From IMG/VR virus record IMGVR_UViG_3300003886_000003, positions 1-62,043 of that record: a stretch of 62,043 nt of DNA. One strand, 5' to 3'. The notes under the pieces were generated by a model. The model saw nothing but the letters and a program-made list of their open reading frames with translations, ran no database searches and was not told the DNA's origin. This DNA is from a virus (taxonomy: Duplodnaviria > Caudoviricetes). Both the position numbers and the translations under genes were made by a program. Positions 15,600 to 26,156 of the stretch are shown piece by piece; within the stretch, counting starts at the first letter, position 1, and each line of letters opens with the position of its first letter.

Positions 15600-17948
15600 A
15601 TGCCAGCGCAACAAGCACAAGGTAATCAGAACCCGGAGTTCAGACCGGAAGGCCCAGCTCGCCAGATGACCGGCGTGCAGGCAGAGTTCACACAGAACAA
15701 ACAGTTCCTGGGGCAACCCAACCATCCCACCTCACCCAGTACACCTGGGCGTGTTCCTGGGAAAGAATCACCCCTTTATACTCGTGGACCGCAAGATATT
15801 GCTCCCGGTGAAGTGCCCGGTGGTGATGCCTCGGCTACAACGATGGACAGCGTTAATACGCAAGCCAAACAAAGTATAGAAGGGGCTTTTTTGAAGTCTC
15901 CCGCCTGGCTGATCATGAAAGCGCACGAGATATACACCACCTCGACGGACTATCTCGACGCCAACATCACCAATACCTGGGAAGTCAGCCTCGCTCATTT
16001 CAATAATGAGCACGCCCCCGGTAGCAAATTGCGTACCAAAAACTTCAAACGATCAAGAGTGTTCCGGCCCAAGACCCGCAGCATGATCAAGAAGAGTGAG
16101 TCGGCCCTTGCGGTAGCGATGTTCTCTTCACAGGACTATCTCAATCTGACGCCGGTAGATGCGTCCGATGAGGTGCAGGTTATCTCTGCAGAAATCAACA
16201 AGAACGTGCTGCAGTACCGACTGGATAGCCAGATGCCATGGTTCCAGACCGCTATTGGTGCCTATCAGGACACCAAGAACTACGGGCTGTGCATTTCACA
16301 CAATTATTGGAGCTACATCGCTGATACGGACTATGTGCCTGAATTTAATGGTGATGGCTCACTCATGACCAACGATACCGGTCAAGCCATGGGGCGTGCG
16401 GTGCCCATTGTGCGATCTGACACGATGGTTTGTGACAATGTGGCCCCGGAGAACTTCAGATTTGACCCCATGTGCGATTGGCGTGACCCGATCAGCACAT
16501 CACCCTACCTACTCTACATGATGCCCGTGTATGCCGGTGAAGCACTGGAACGGATGCAGAACAACGACCCCAAGACCGGTCAGCCGACGTGGAAAGTCCA
16601 TGATTTGGGGTCACTATTGGCTACCCGGCGCAAGAATTATGACCGTACACGCCAAGCGCGTGAGGGCAGACAGCGGATTGACCCCGCTGATGAGCAGCAT
16701 GGCAACGATTACACCATGCTGTGGGCACACATGAACATCGTCAAGATTAATGGCGAGGATTATGTGTTCTGGACGATGGGCACTGAGCTGTTATTGACTG
16801 ATCCGGTGCCTTTGGTCAAGGCATATCCGCACCTGAAACGGGGTGAACGCCCCTTTACCATCGGTTTTTCGACGGTTGAAACCCATCGCAACTACCCTGC
16901 TGGTGATAATGAGCAGATGTCGGGGTTGCAGGAGGAAATCAACACAGTAGCCAATCAGCGCCTGGATAACGTGAAATTGGTGCTAAATAAGCGTTATTAC
17001 GTGCGCAGAGGGTCACAAGTCGACCTGGATTCACTGGTCAGAAACGTGCCCGGTGGCGGTGTAATGATGAATGACCCGGATAAAGACGTGAAAACCGTCG
17101 ACACCCGCGATGTGACCGGCTCAAGTTATCAGGAACAGGACCGTTTGACCGCTGAAGCCGATGAACTGACCGGTCTTTTCTCGCAAGGGTCGATGCAACA
17201 GAACGGTAATGCCAGTAATACTGCGCGTGGCATGAACGCCATGAAGCAGGACGCTGGATCAATTGGGGATTACGGCATTCGGATATTCATGGAGACATGG
17301 GCCGAGCCGACCCTGCGCCAATTTGTCAAGATGATCCAGTATTACGAGACAGATGAGGTCATTTTGTCGATTGCAGCCAAGCAATCCAAGCTGTGGCAGC
17401 GTTATGGCATTGATCAAGTCACAGACACCCTGTTGCAGCAAAACCTGACAGTGCGTGTAGACATCGGTATTGGCATGACAGACCCAGTGAAGCGCGTGGA
17501 GCGCCTGCTGTATGCCATTGAGAAGGCGATGACCCTCCCAGGCATGGCAGACCGCATGAAGGCTCCTGCGCTGTCTAACGAAATATTTGCAACGCTTGGA
17601 TATCGTGACGGCAACCGCTTCTTTATGACCGACGATGAGTTTGCCAAGGCCACTGAAGATGCTGGGGACCAGACGCCGCCGGAGATTATGGTCAAGAAAG
17701 AAGAGTTGCAGATTCGGCGTGAAGATAATGCAGCCCGCCATACCCGTGAGCAGGAGGACATGGCGATGACGGCCCAACTGGGCTTCGCTAAACTGGCGAT
17801 GGATAAAGAGATGACGCTGGAAACGCTTTATCAGAAGCTGGGCATGGAGAAAGAGAAAGTGAAAGCGTTGCGCGATGTCGCGGCGCTCCGTGAAACAAAC
17901 AAAGTGCATGAGTTGGCGCTGAAGCGTCAGACCGGCTCAGGCATATAG
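15600..17948 (+). CDS. Portal protein
   Basis: 782 aa after terminase; FRFDP, LQEEIN..NQRLDN, TARG, C-terminal coiled coil. Confidence 0.85.
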   Translation: MPAQQAQGNQNPEFRPEGPARQMTGVQAEFTQNKQFLGQPNHPTSPSTPGRVPGKESPLYTRGPQDIAPGEVPGGDASATTMDSVNTQAKQSIEGAFLKSPAWLIMKAHEIYTTSTDYLDANITNTWEVSLAHFNNEHAPGSKLRTKNFKRSRVFRPKTRSMIKKSESALAVAMFSSQDYLNLTPVDASDEVQVISAEINKNVLQYRLDSQMPWFQTAIGAYQDTKNYGLCISHNYWSYIADTDYVPEFNGDGSLMTNDTGQAMGRAVPIVRSDTMVCDNVAPENFRFDPMCDWRDPISTSPYLLYMMPVYAGEALERMQNNDPKTGQPTWKVHDLGSLLATRRKNYDRTRQAREGRQRIDPADEQHGNDYTMLWAHMNIVKINGEDYVFWTMGTELLLTDPVPLVKAYPHLKRGERPFTIGFSTVETHRNYPAGDNEQMSGLQEEINTVANQRLDNVKLVLNKRYYVRRGSQVDLDSLVRNVPGGGVMMNDPDKDVKTVDTRDVTGSSYQEQDRLTAEADELTGLFSQGSMQQNGNASNTARGMNAMKQDAGSIGDYGIRIFMETWAEPTLRQFVKMIQYYETDEVILSIAAKQSKLWQRYGIDQVTDTLLQQNLTVRVDIGIGMTDPVKRVERLLYAIEKAMTLPGMADRMKAPALSNEIFATLGYRDGNRFFMTDDEFAKATEDAGDQTPPEIMVKKEELQIRREDNAARHTREQEDMAMTAQLGFAKLAMDKEMTLETLYQKLGMEKEKVKALRDVAALRETNKVHELALKRQTGSGI

Positions 17949-17958
17949 GAGGTGATCG

Positions 17959-18270
17959 ATGGGTGAAAGTAAAGGTGGGTGCTTAGGGGTTCGGCCACTA
18001 TGGACTCAAAAGCCAGTCAGAGTGACAAAGGTAATTCCTGCTGTCATTGATGATAACGGCAACGAAGCGGAACCAGCACGCGAGTATCTGGAACCAACCG
18101 GTGAGACAGAGCGTGTACAGACCGGGTGGGAGTCATGGCATGAAATTAATCGGAAGTTTGCGTTGAGTGCGATTGCCAACCCGGAGCCGTACTTTGATCT
18201 GTTCCGCTACTATGACATCACCATTGGTGAAGACGGCACACCGAATTTGGAGCTGATACGCAATGGCTAA
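17959..18270 (+). CDS. Hypothetical protein
   Basis: GGAGG RBS. Confidence 0.65.
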   Translation: MGESKGGCLGVRPLWTQKPVRVTKVIPAVIDDNGNEAEPAREYLEPTGETERVQTGWESWHEINRKFALSAIANPEPYFDLFRYYDITIGEDGTPNLELIRNG

Positions 18271-18598
18271 TACATTGCAGGATTATTCCAACGTTGAGTT
18301 TATCAACGATGCTGAGCGCCGGTACTTTATGGAAGGTAATCTCGGCGAGCAGGTGAGAGCGTTTCTTTGCTCAGAAGTTGGTCAGTACCTGCACGGGCGG
18401 GCGCGAATGGATTTTGAAGCAGCTAAAGAAGAGCTGTTTGATCTTGACCCATACACTAATGAAGGGCGTGCTGAGTACGCCCGATTGAAGATTGAAGGAT
18501 GTGCAGCACAAAACTTTTTGAAGTGGTGTGCTGATGCCATCATAAACGGGGATGCTGCTACCAGGCAGTTAAATGAAATCGGAAATGAAGAGAGGTAA
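18263..18598 (+). CDS. Hypothetical head-module protein
   Basis: Between portal and scaffold. Confidence 0.7.
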   Translation: MANTLQDYSNVEFINDAERRYFMEGNLGEQVRAFLCSEVGQYLHGRARMDFEAAKEELFDLDPYTNEGRAEYARLKIEGCAAQNFLKWCADAIINGDAATRQLNEIGNEER

Positions 18599-18603
18599 AC
18601 ATA

Positions 18604-19905
18604 ATGGCTTTTAATGATGCTACCCAACCGGGCGTATCGGGCAATCTGGCAAATGACCCCGGACAACGACCACCAGTAGTTGAAGGCGAAGACGGTGAGA
18701 CTCGTCTGCAGCGTGACGTTGATCTTGAGAGTATGTCAGATAAGTTTGAAGCCAAGCGTCGTCAGGATTTGGAAGACGCGATGGCCGAAGACCCTGGGTT
18801 GAAAGCCAACCAGGAAGCGATGGATGCTGCACAGGCTGCAGCTAATGTGGCAGCACCCGGTCAGGAAAACGCAGCGGCAACAGCGGCAGCGGCAGCGACT
18901 ATTAACGCGGCAGCAACAGCACTGGGTGAAACACAGAACGCGCCTGTTGATGGTGCTGGTGATGTGCAGCCCATGAATGATCCTGTACCTGATCCCAATG
19001 CAGTGCCAACTGAACTACAGAACGATCCACTGAAAGACTATATTGTGATGCACGAGGGTCAGCCACACATGGCGATCAAGGTCAACGGGCAAGACAGGTT
19101 ATTGCCGTTGGAGCGTGCTCGTGCTCAAGTACAAAAGCATGTTGCTGCAGAAATTGAGTTGCAACAGGCCAGGAATACAACCAAAGCGCTTAATGACCGC
19201 GAAGACCAGCTACATGCTAACGAGCAAGCGCTGGAAGCGAGGATTGCACGCTTTGGAGGTAGTGAAGATCAACCATCTGTGACCCCAGTTGCAGACGTTG
19301 ATCCAGTAACTCTTTTGCCACAGGCAAAGGATATTGTCTCCACGTTGTTTAGTGGGACAGAAGAACAAGCTGCTGAGAAATTGGCAAATGCGTTGGCACA
19401 GACAGCGAATACGCGCACACCCACACCACCGGCTGCGCCAGTTATCGACATCAACGCAATTGCAACCGAAGCAGCGGGCATAGCCGTTCAACAAGTTTCT
19501 GAAGCGGATAAGAAAAAGGATGAAGTCAAGGGATTTAATACATTCCAAGAAGTCTACCCTGAAATTATGGCTGATACGAACCTTTTTAGAATGGCAGACG
19601 GCATGACAGATGATATTGCAGATGAGTACCCTTCGTGGTCGCCATCTCAAGTCATGGCCGAGGCCGGGAAACGTACACGTGATTGGTTAGTTGAGATGAA
19701 GGGTGGTGAGGTTAAGCCACTTCCATCAATAGACCCATCGATCAATGCTGATCCCAACGCAAATCGTCAGGCAAATAAAGAGGGGTTAGTACCGATCCCA
19801 AGACCGTCGGGTGTCAGACATGATAACAGTGTTGAAGTGACTCCACAGGAGACTCCGCAAGCTGTTTTGGCTGAAATTCGTGCGTCAAGAGGACAACCGG
19901 GCTAA
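18604..19905 (+). CDS. Putative scaffolding protein
   Basis: Acidic, Ala/Pro-rich, coiled coil, IKVNGQ motif; precedes the capsid gene. Confidence 0.7.
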   Translation: MAFNDATQPGVSGNLANDPGQRPPVVEGEDGETRLQRDVDLESMSDKFEAKRRQDLEDAMAEDPGLKANQEAMDAAQAAANVAAPGQENAAATAAAAATINAAATALGETQNAPVDGAGDVQPMNDPVPDPNAVPTELQNDPLKDYIVMHEGQPHMAIKVNGQDRLLPLERARAQVQKHVAAEIELQQARNTTKALNDREDQLHANEQALEARIARFGGSEDQPSVTPVADVDPVTLLPQAKDIVSTLFSGTEEQAAEKLANALAQTANTRTPTPPAAPVIDINAIATEAAGIAVQQVSEADKKKDEVKGFNTFQEVYPEIMADTNLFRMADGMTDDIADEYPSWSPSQVMAEAGKRTRDWLVEMKGGEVKPLPSIDPSINADPNANRQANKEGLVPIPRPSGVRHDNSVEVTPQETPQAVLAEIRASRGQPG

Positions 19906-19940
19906 CTATATTTTCACTGGAAGCATAGGAGACATAGCTT

Positions 19941-20864
19941 ATGGCTGGTCAAGTATGGCAGACGGACTCATTGGGTGGCTTTATGTGGGCACCTAACTTG
20001 AGTCGTAAACTGCGAACGGCTTTACAGCCGATGGTGCGCTTCCGTCAGTTTTGCGATGCCCGTGAAGCATTTGGACTGGGGAAGGGTGAAATTTTCAATT
20101 GGAATGTTTACAGCGATGTGACGACACAGGGTGGACAGCTTGTTGAAACGGCGATTATGCCAGAGACAAACTACGTCATTACTCAAGCGTCGCTAACTAT
20201 TACCGAGTACGGTAATAGCGTTCCGTATACCAAGAAGTTGGATGATCTGTCTGAGCATCCGGTTACTGAAATTATTCACAAGGTCATGAAGAATGACGCA
20301 CGTAAGGCACTCGATGCTGCTGCAAATGCGCAGTTTGAATTGACGCCTATTCGTGTTGTGGGTAATGCTGCAGCTACCATCTCAGTAACCACCAATGGTG
20401 TGCCTTCAGGTGCGCCTGCCCAGGAGTTCAACAACACACATGCCAAGCTCATTGCCGATGAAATGGCAGAGCGGGACATACCGACATTTGATGGTAATAA
20501 CTACGTCGCTGTTGCACGTCCCACCACACTGCGTGCGTTCAAGAACAATCTTGAACAGATTCACCAGTATGTGAGCGAAGGCTGGCACGTCATCATGAAT
20601 GGCGAAAAGGGCCGGTACGAAGGTATCAGATACACCGAGCAGACGAACATCCCTAGTGAGGGATGGGCGAACAGCGACAGTATCTTTTTCTTCGGAGCGG
20701 ATACAGTGGTCGAGGCGTTTGCCATTCCTGAAGAAATTCGGGGCAAAATCCCAACCGATTTTGGTCGGTCAAGGGGTATTGCATGGTACGCGGAGTTGGG
20801 TTATGGGCTGGTTCACACTGGCGCTGCTCAAGCTCGTATTCTCAAATGGGACTCTACCGAGTAA
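19941..20864 (+). CDS. Major capsid protein
   Basis: EYGN, GEKGRYEGIRY, DFGRSRGIAWY motifs; strong RBS; position. Confidence 0.88.
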   Translation: MAGQVWQTDSLGGFMWAPNLSRKLRTALQPMVRFRQFCDAREAFGLGKGEIFNWNVYSDVTTQGGQLVETAIMPETNYVITQASLTITEYGNSVPYTKKLDDLSEHPVTEIIHKVMKNDARKALDAAANAQFELTPIRVVGNAAATISVTTNGVPSGAPAQEFNNTHAKLIADEMAERDIPTFDGNNYVAVARPTTLRAFKNNLEQIHQYVSEGWHVIMNGEKGRYEGIRYTEQTNIPSEGWANSDSIFFFGADTVVEAFAIPEEIRGKIPTDFGRSRGIAWYAELGYGLVHTGAAQARILKWDSTE

Positions 20865-20876
20865 AGGAGGTATATT

Positions 20877-21278
20877 ATGTCAGGACAATTTTATGATAAT
20901 GCCCTCCGTACACAGCATGACGCTGCCGCTGCTGTTCTTTCAGCCGCTGCAACGATGCTGACCATTCGTGGTCCGGTAGGGAAAACAGGTCGTGTCGAGG
21001 ATGTCATGGTAGTAATTACTACTGCAGTGACAGTGGCAGATGCCATTCTTGATATCGGTCCTTCAGGGACACCTGAAGCTCAACTTGCTAACTTTGCTGT
21101 GCCGTTTACGGCTTCAGCAATTGGTGATCGCGTTGCACCGCCTACTGGTGGTGCCGGGGTTACTGGCACGTTGGACGCAGGTGCGGATATAGCTGCTGAT
21201 GTTGACACACTATTCATCACTGACGGTGCCGCTGGTGCTGGCGCTGGTGATCTGCGTGTCATCGTTGCATGGTGGTAA
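20877..21278 (+). CDS. Putative capsid decoration protein
   Basis: Ala/Gly/Thr-rich beta protein immediately after the capsid gene; AGGAGG RBS. Confidence 0.6.
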   Translation: MSGQFYDNALRTQHDAAAAVLSAAATMLTIRGPVGKTGRVEDVMVVITTAVTVADAILDIGPSGTPEAQLANFAVPFTASAIGDRVAPPTGGAGVTGTLDAGADIAADVDTLFITDGAAGAGAGDLRVIVAWW

Positions 21279-21290
21279 GGAGAAAATATC

Positions 21291-21584
21291 ATGGCAACAG
21301 ACATTTCAAAAAATAGCGGCTACGGTGGTGAGGGGGCTAATGAAGCCTATAACCCCCCAAGTGCCAAGTCGTCAACAGTACGGGGTTCCCACATGGAGAA
21401 AGATGCCGTGGGAATTCAGGAAGGACTCAGTGCATGTTCAGGGTTTGACTCTGAAAATCCTGACTTTCCAATGTATGACAATATGCGTGATCCCATCACT
21501 GGTAATGTAAAGGGCCGTCCCCAACCATACCAGGATGACGCGATTAGCGTTACGTCGAAAGGCAACAAGATGTCGATCCAGTAA
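21291..21584 (+). CDS. Hypothetical protein
   Basis: AGGAG RBS. Confidence 0.65.
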   Translation: MATDISKNSGYGGEGANEAYNPPSAKSSTVRGSHMEKDAVGIQEGLSACSGFDSENPDFPMYDNMRDPITGNVKGRPQPYQDDAISVTSKGNKMSIQ

Positions 21585-21606
21585 GGATCAGTTTCTTGTA
21601 AATTAT

Positions 21607-21632
21607 ATCGGGGGAGCAATCCCCCGGTATTT
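21607..21632 (+). terminator. Possible intrinsic terminator after the capsid genes
   Basis: ATCGGGGGA-GCAA-TCCCCGGT hairpin with a short T run. Confidence 0.4.
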
Positions 21633-21645
21633 CAGGAGAACGATT

Positions 21646-21963
21646 ATGGCGAAGAAAGAGATTAAAGAGTCACCTGAGCCAACGACACTTAGAGCAGGCG
21701 TGGTTGACTATCAGGATGATCGATTAGGGATCAGTGAGTTTGATTCTGATCAGATGATGCCTATGCCGCCAACACTTGAACAGCGGTTTGAAGCAGGTGC
21801 AGATTTAATGGATGGCTGTAGCGGTCAGAAACGCATTGATACTACTTTTGAGAACACATCACAGGTAGTTGTTGGTGCTCCGCGCAGTGCCGAACAGAGT
21901 GATACCAACCGAGCGCCGGTAGGTGTTGACAAGTACGACTACCCTCACCGGTACGAAAACTAA
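21646..21963 (+). CDS. Hypothetical protein
   Basis: AGGAG RBS before ATG 21646. Confidence 0.65.
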   Translation: MAKKEIKESPEPTTLRAGVVDYQDDRLGISEFDSDQMMPMPPTLEQRFEAGADLMDGCSGQKRIDTTFENTSQVVVGAPRSAEQSDTNRAPVGVDKYDYPHRYEN

Positions 21964-21973
21964 GGGGAAGGAT

Positions 21974-22444
21974 ATGGCAGAGAACATACAACGCGGCCTC
22001 GATGACAAGGGTAATCCAACACTGGAAGTGACCGACGATCATATTGATGTGCCGGAAAAACCAACGCAGCCTGTAGAGCGCCTGGCACCTGTGCCAGAGA
22101 GCACAGTCACAGTTCGTGGTGAGGGTGTTGGTGGCAGTACCGTCATGACAGCCAGTGAATACAAAAAGTATGATGCCGGTTGCAGAGCAAAGCAGGCGAA
22201 AGAAAATGAAGTGGCTGAAGCTGCTGAACAGGAAGCTGCTGAAATTGAAGCGGCTGAAGAGGCTGAGGCGGCTGAAGCGGCTGAGCTAATTGAAATGGAA
22301 GCGGCTGAGGCGGCAGAGCTTGCTGAACTGGAAGCGGCTGAAGCGGCAGAGATTGCTGAGAAGGAAGCGGCTGAGGCGGCTGAGTTGGCAAAACTTGAAG
22401 CCGACCTGGACGGGGATACAACCCAAATATCAGGAGAACAGTAA
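21974..22444 (+). CDS. Acidic Glu/Ala repeat protein
   Basis: Repeated EAAEAAE(I/L) helix. Confidence 0.65.
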   Translation: MAENIQRGLDDKGNPTLEVTDDHIDVPEKPTQPVERLAPVPESTVTVRGEGVGGSTVMTASEYKKYDAGCRAKQAKENEVAEAAEQEAAEIEAAEEAEAAEAAELIEMEAAEAAELAELEAAEAAEIAEKEAAEAAELAKLEADLDGDTTQISGEQ

Positions 22445-22445
22445 A

Positions 22446-22796
22446 ATGCAGTTTGACCCTACTCGTGATTTCATAAAAGAACGTGGAATTGGTAGCGGGA
22501 TAAAATACATTCAGGATGGTGTGATCTATAACGCAGCTTATGTGGCCATTGGTAAAACCAAAGGTTACGCAGACGCGCATAGAGAGCCGGATGCTGAAGT
22601 AGCTAATCTCGTTGCCGCAAAAATAAATAGCAAGGCGATACCCAATCCAAGAATAGTTTCCGGGGATGTCCTTGCTAACGCTGCAGCGAAATTGAATAGT
22701 GCTGGCATGGGCGTTACACCTGTTGTTCCAAAAGAAATTGCTGAGGCGCGTCGTGAAAACGCAGCGGCTGCAGCGGCTGAGGAACATGCAGTATGA
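22446..22796 (+). CDS. Hypothetical protein
   Basis: AGGAG RBS; overlaps the next start. Confidence 0.65.
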   Translation: MQFDPTRDFIKERGIGSGIKYIQDGVIYNAAYVAIGKTKGYADAHREPDAEVANLVAAKINSKAIPNPRIVSGDVLANAAAKLNSAGMGVTPVVPKEIAEARRENAAAAAAEEHAV

Positions 22797-23458
22797 GTAC
22801 ATTTTTAAAACTGGTTCAGGATTTACACCGGGAAGCTGGTGCAGCGGGTGTTGCGCCCACTGCCGTTACCGGCCTGTCTGGTGAAGCTGACCGGTTAGTA
22901 AACTGGGTGATTGACGCTGACAACCATATTCAGAACCTGTGGTTTAACTGGAAGTTCCTGTACAAACAGTATGCGCAGTCAACCGGCATGGGCGTTGCAA
23001 CACTTGTAGCGCCAACAGATCACAGTTGGTGGGACTTTGATACCTTCAAGATAGATGGTGACCCCCTGGATGTGGTTGAGTACGAGGATATAAAAACTGA
23101 GGTGTTAGATACCACGCAAGCAATGCCTTCGCGTGTGATCATAATGCCGGATAGCAGCCTGAAGTTTGAGCCTGTACCTGATCAGGTATACGCAATCACG
23201 GCTGATTACTATGTTGAGCCTACCCTGTTGGCGGCAAACAGTGATATCTCTGCAATACCTGTGAGATTTCACAAAATTATAACGGGTCGGGCTTTAATTC
23301 TTTATGGTAATTATGAAAACGCCGTTGAAATTATTGAACAAGGCGAAAAAGATTACATTGAGATACTGGCCCGATTGGAAAGCCACCAATTGCCGGATCA
23401 AAAGAACACGCGATACGCTCCGAGAAAAGGTGGTGGATTTGAAGTTATCGCGGAATAA
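22793..23458 (+). CDS. Head-tail adaptor / tail tubular protein A-like
   Basis: TFLKLV, WFNWKFL, PVPDQVY.I...Y, IP.RFH motifs. Confidence 0.75.
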   Translation: MSTFLKLVQDLHREAGAAGVAPTAVTGLSGEADRLVNWVIDADNHIQNLWFNWKFLYKQYAQSTGMGVATLVAPTDHSWWDFDTFKIDGDPLDVVEYEDIKTEVLDTTQAMPSRVIIMPDSSLKFEPVPDQVYAITADYYVEPTLLAANSDISAIPVRFHKIITGRALILYGNYENAVEIIEQGEKDYIEILARLESHQLPDQKNTRYAPRKGGGFEVIAE

Positions 23459-23461
23459 AAT

Positions 23462-26155
23462 ATGCCACGCAAGCTCGGTAGAAGTAGAACGAAGACAAGT
23501 TACTTCCCATTGGGTGGTGGACTTGATGTAGTCACGCCTGCGCTCTCCATAAAACCTGGGAAGGCGCTTGCAATGGTCAACTATGAACCTTGGTACAACG
23601 GCGGCTATCGTCGTGTTCCAGGCTTCGAGCGCTTTGATGGTCGTCCATCCCCCAGTGCTCAAACCTTCCTTGCCTTTGAAGTAAACTCAGCCGAAGACAT
23701 CACGCTCGGTGATACCCTTACAGGTGTCACATCCACTGCCACTGGCATTGTTATTGGCATCTTCCTGAACACGGATAGAAGTGGTAACGACACTGTGGGT
23801 GTCACCAAAACAACCGGTACGTTTATCAATGGTGAAAACCTGACAGCCGTTGTTACCAACGCTGATGAGGACATGCGCCCGGATGCCAATGCCAATGATG
23901 TTGGTGTAATACTAGCCACCAACGATATCAATCTGATTAATGAAGGGGTTGATAACGCGACTGGGCTTGTCAACGAAACCAACACCAACGATATCACTGG
24001 TAACTCCGCGACGTGGACACTGGACAATATTGATGGTGTCGCTACCAGTATTAATGCCTATACGCTGCGCGTAAGAGCGCGTGTGGTGTACGCCTCACCG
24101 CCTGGGTCGATACCATCTACCGGGCCTGAAACAGATGACACAGCGACTTACAGGATGCAGTTGACGGTTGGCGCTGAAGTCAACTCAGTCACCTTTACGG
24201 AAGCTGATGCTGGTGCCGGGTTTGTCACTCGAACAGTCACACAGGCAGTATCAGTGGAAACGATTGCAAGTATCAACGCAGCGATTGTTGCTTTGGAGCA
24301 GACTGCCTTTTTACAAAGCGGGGATTTGGCAGATGGGCTTCGTATTGAGATTGATAGCTTTGACGTTCAGGTTGATTATGATAGTCCTGTGGCTATCCTG
24401 TCTTTGCCTACGTTACGGGCTGCGCCGACTCAAGCGCTCGAAGACATCTGGATAGTAGCAGCACAGGATAATTACCGGGCAGATATTGCAGTTGTGCCCG
24501 GTGCCAATCAGGTGAGAGGGGCATGGCGCAGAAAGGCTGACTCGTATGCCATTCGGGACAATCTTGGTGTCACTGCAGGCGTGCTCCATAAAGCCAGTAG
24601 TGCAGGCTGGGCAACAACCGGCGTGACCATGGCTGATTACATCCACTTTACTGCGGGTCTTGCTGCGGGAATCCCGGTAGTAGAAGGTGCCACGCTGACT
24701 GGGGGCACTTCAGGAGCCACAGCAACGCTGCACCGCATTGTACTGAATGGTGGGTCCAATGCTTGGGATGGCGGCGGTGAAGGGTACTTCGTGCTCACTA
24801 ATATCGTGGGTGGCCCCTTCCAGAATGGTGAAGCGCTGGAATCACCTGCAGCAACACCAATAGCGACTGCCAACGGTGCCAATGTAACGCTCGCCTTTTC
24901 TGCTGGTGGGCGGTATGAGTTCCACAACCACAATTTCTTTGGTGGCAGCGGCACGTTCAGAGCATACGGTGTGAATGGCGTTGACAACTTTGCTTTTGAG
25001 ATTGATGAAACCGGCACGGTATCCCCGATATTCTTACCGAGTAACCCGTTTGACCCATTACAAGTTGTCCCACCAGGAAACCCGTTTTTAATCAGGGAGC
25101 ATCGCAATCATTTATTCCTTGCGTACCCAGGTGGCAGAGTGGTTCATTCTATTCCCGGTGAGCCATTAACCTTTAGTGGGTTCCTTGGGTCTGCAGAGTT
25201 CGGGCTGGGCGATGAACTGACTGGTATGAACAGTATCGCCGGTAACGTGCTCGTGCTGACATCTGTGCGAGAGACACGGGGGCTTTACGGCACCAATGTA
25301 CTGGATTGGGAAATGCGGTTGATCGGTGAGCAAACAGGTGGTCGCCTGTTCTCAACACAGCGCATTGATACTGTCTATGGGCTAGATGACCTGGGTATCA
25401 CCAAGTCATCTCGTACCTTTGCCTTTGGTGACTTTGTGAGCGCAACGGTTTCACAGAAAGTGCAGCCGATTGTCATCACACAGCGGCCACGCTTCACTGC
25501 TTCAACAATTGTCAGAGAATCAAACCAGTACCGATTGTATTTTGATGACAATACAGCACTTATAATGTATGTACCTGCCGGTGAGCGAGACAAGCCACCA
25601 GAGTTCGGGTTCCTGTCTTACCCGTTCCCTGTCAGTCAGATTTATAATACTGATGACGAGACTGGTAAAGAGCGCACGTACTTTGTAACCAATGATGTCA
25701 CTAACCTTGGCTTTGTTTTTGAGGATCAGGTAGGGCGCAACTTTGATGGTGCAGAAATCATATCTTATGTGCGCACTGCCTTTAACCAACTCGGTACGCC
25801 ATCACATAAGAAACGATTTAGACGTGCTGATCTTGAGTTAAATTCTAGCAAGCCGCTTGATCTTAAATTTATCAGCGATCTTACTTACGGTTCATCTACA
25901 GTGTCGAGCAGTATTGAAGACCTGACAACCAATGATGTGCCTGTTATTAATATATTTTCAGGTGGTGGTTTTTGGGATACTGACAACTGGGACGAGTTCT
26001 TTTGGGATGGGCAAAGTATTGCAACCGCGAGAGCAGAGCTTCGTGGCTCCGGCGAGAATATTGGGTTCCTTATTTTCAATCAGTCGAAGGTGACTGCTCC
26101 ATTTATACTCCAAGGAATTACGATTCATTATGACTTGAGAAGGCTGCAGAGATAA
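23462..26155 (+). CDS. Tail nozzle / stabilisation protein (tubular B-like)
   Basis: GGL..., NYEP...GGYRR..GFERFDG, HRNHLF, KRFRR; beta-propeller-like pattern. Confidence 0.75.
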   Translation: MPRKLGRSRTKTSYFPLGGGLDVVTPALSIKPGKALAMVNYEPWYNGGYRRVPGFERFDGRPSPSAQTFLAFEVNSAEDITLGDTLTGVTSTATGIVIGIFLNTDRSGNDTVGVTKTTGTFINGENLTAVVTNADEDMRPDANANDVGVILATNDINLINEGVDNATGLVNETNTNDITGNSATWTLDNIDGVATSINAYTLRVRARVVYASPPGSIPSTGPETDDTATYRMQLTVGAEVNSVTFTEADAGAGFVTRTVTQAVSVETIASINAAIVALEQTAFLQSGDLADGLRIEIDSFDVQVDYDSPVAILSLPTLRAAPTQALEDIWIVAAQDNYRADIAVVPGANQVRGAWRRKADSYAIRDNLGVTAGVLHKASSAGWATTGVTMADYIHFTAGLAAGIPVVEGATLTGGTSGATATLHRIVLNGGSNAWDGGGEGYFVLTNIVGGPFQNGEALESPAATPIATANGANVTLAFSAGGRYEFHNHNFFGGSGTFRAYGVNGVDNFAFEIDETGTVSPIFLPSNPFDPLQVVPPGNPFLIREHRNHLFLAYPGGRVVHSIPGEPLTFSGFLGSAEFGLGDELTGMNSIAGNVLVLTSVRETRGLYGTNVLDWEMRLIGEQTGGRLFSTQRIDTVYGLDDLGITKSSRTFAFGDFVSATVSQKVQPIVITQRPRFTASTIVRESNQYRLYFDDNTALIMYVPAGERDKPPEFGFLSYPFPVSQIYNTDDETGKERTYFVTNDVTNLGFVFEDQVGRNFDGAEIISYVRTAFNQLGTPSHKKRFRRADLELNSSKPLDLKFISDLTYGSSTVSSSIEDLTTNDVPVINIFSGGGFWDTDNWDEFFWDGQSIATARAELRGSGENIGFLIFNQSKVTAPFILQGITIHYDLRRLQR

Positions 26156-26156
26156 T

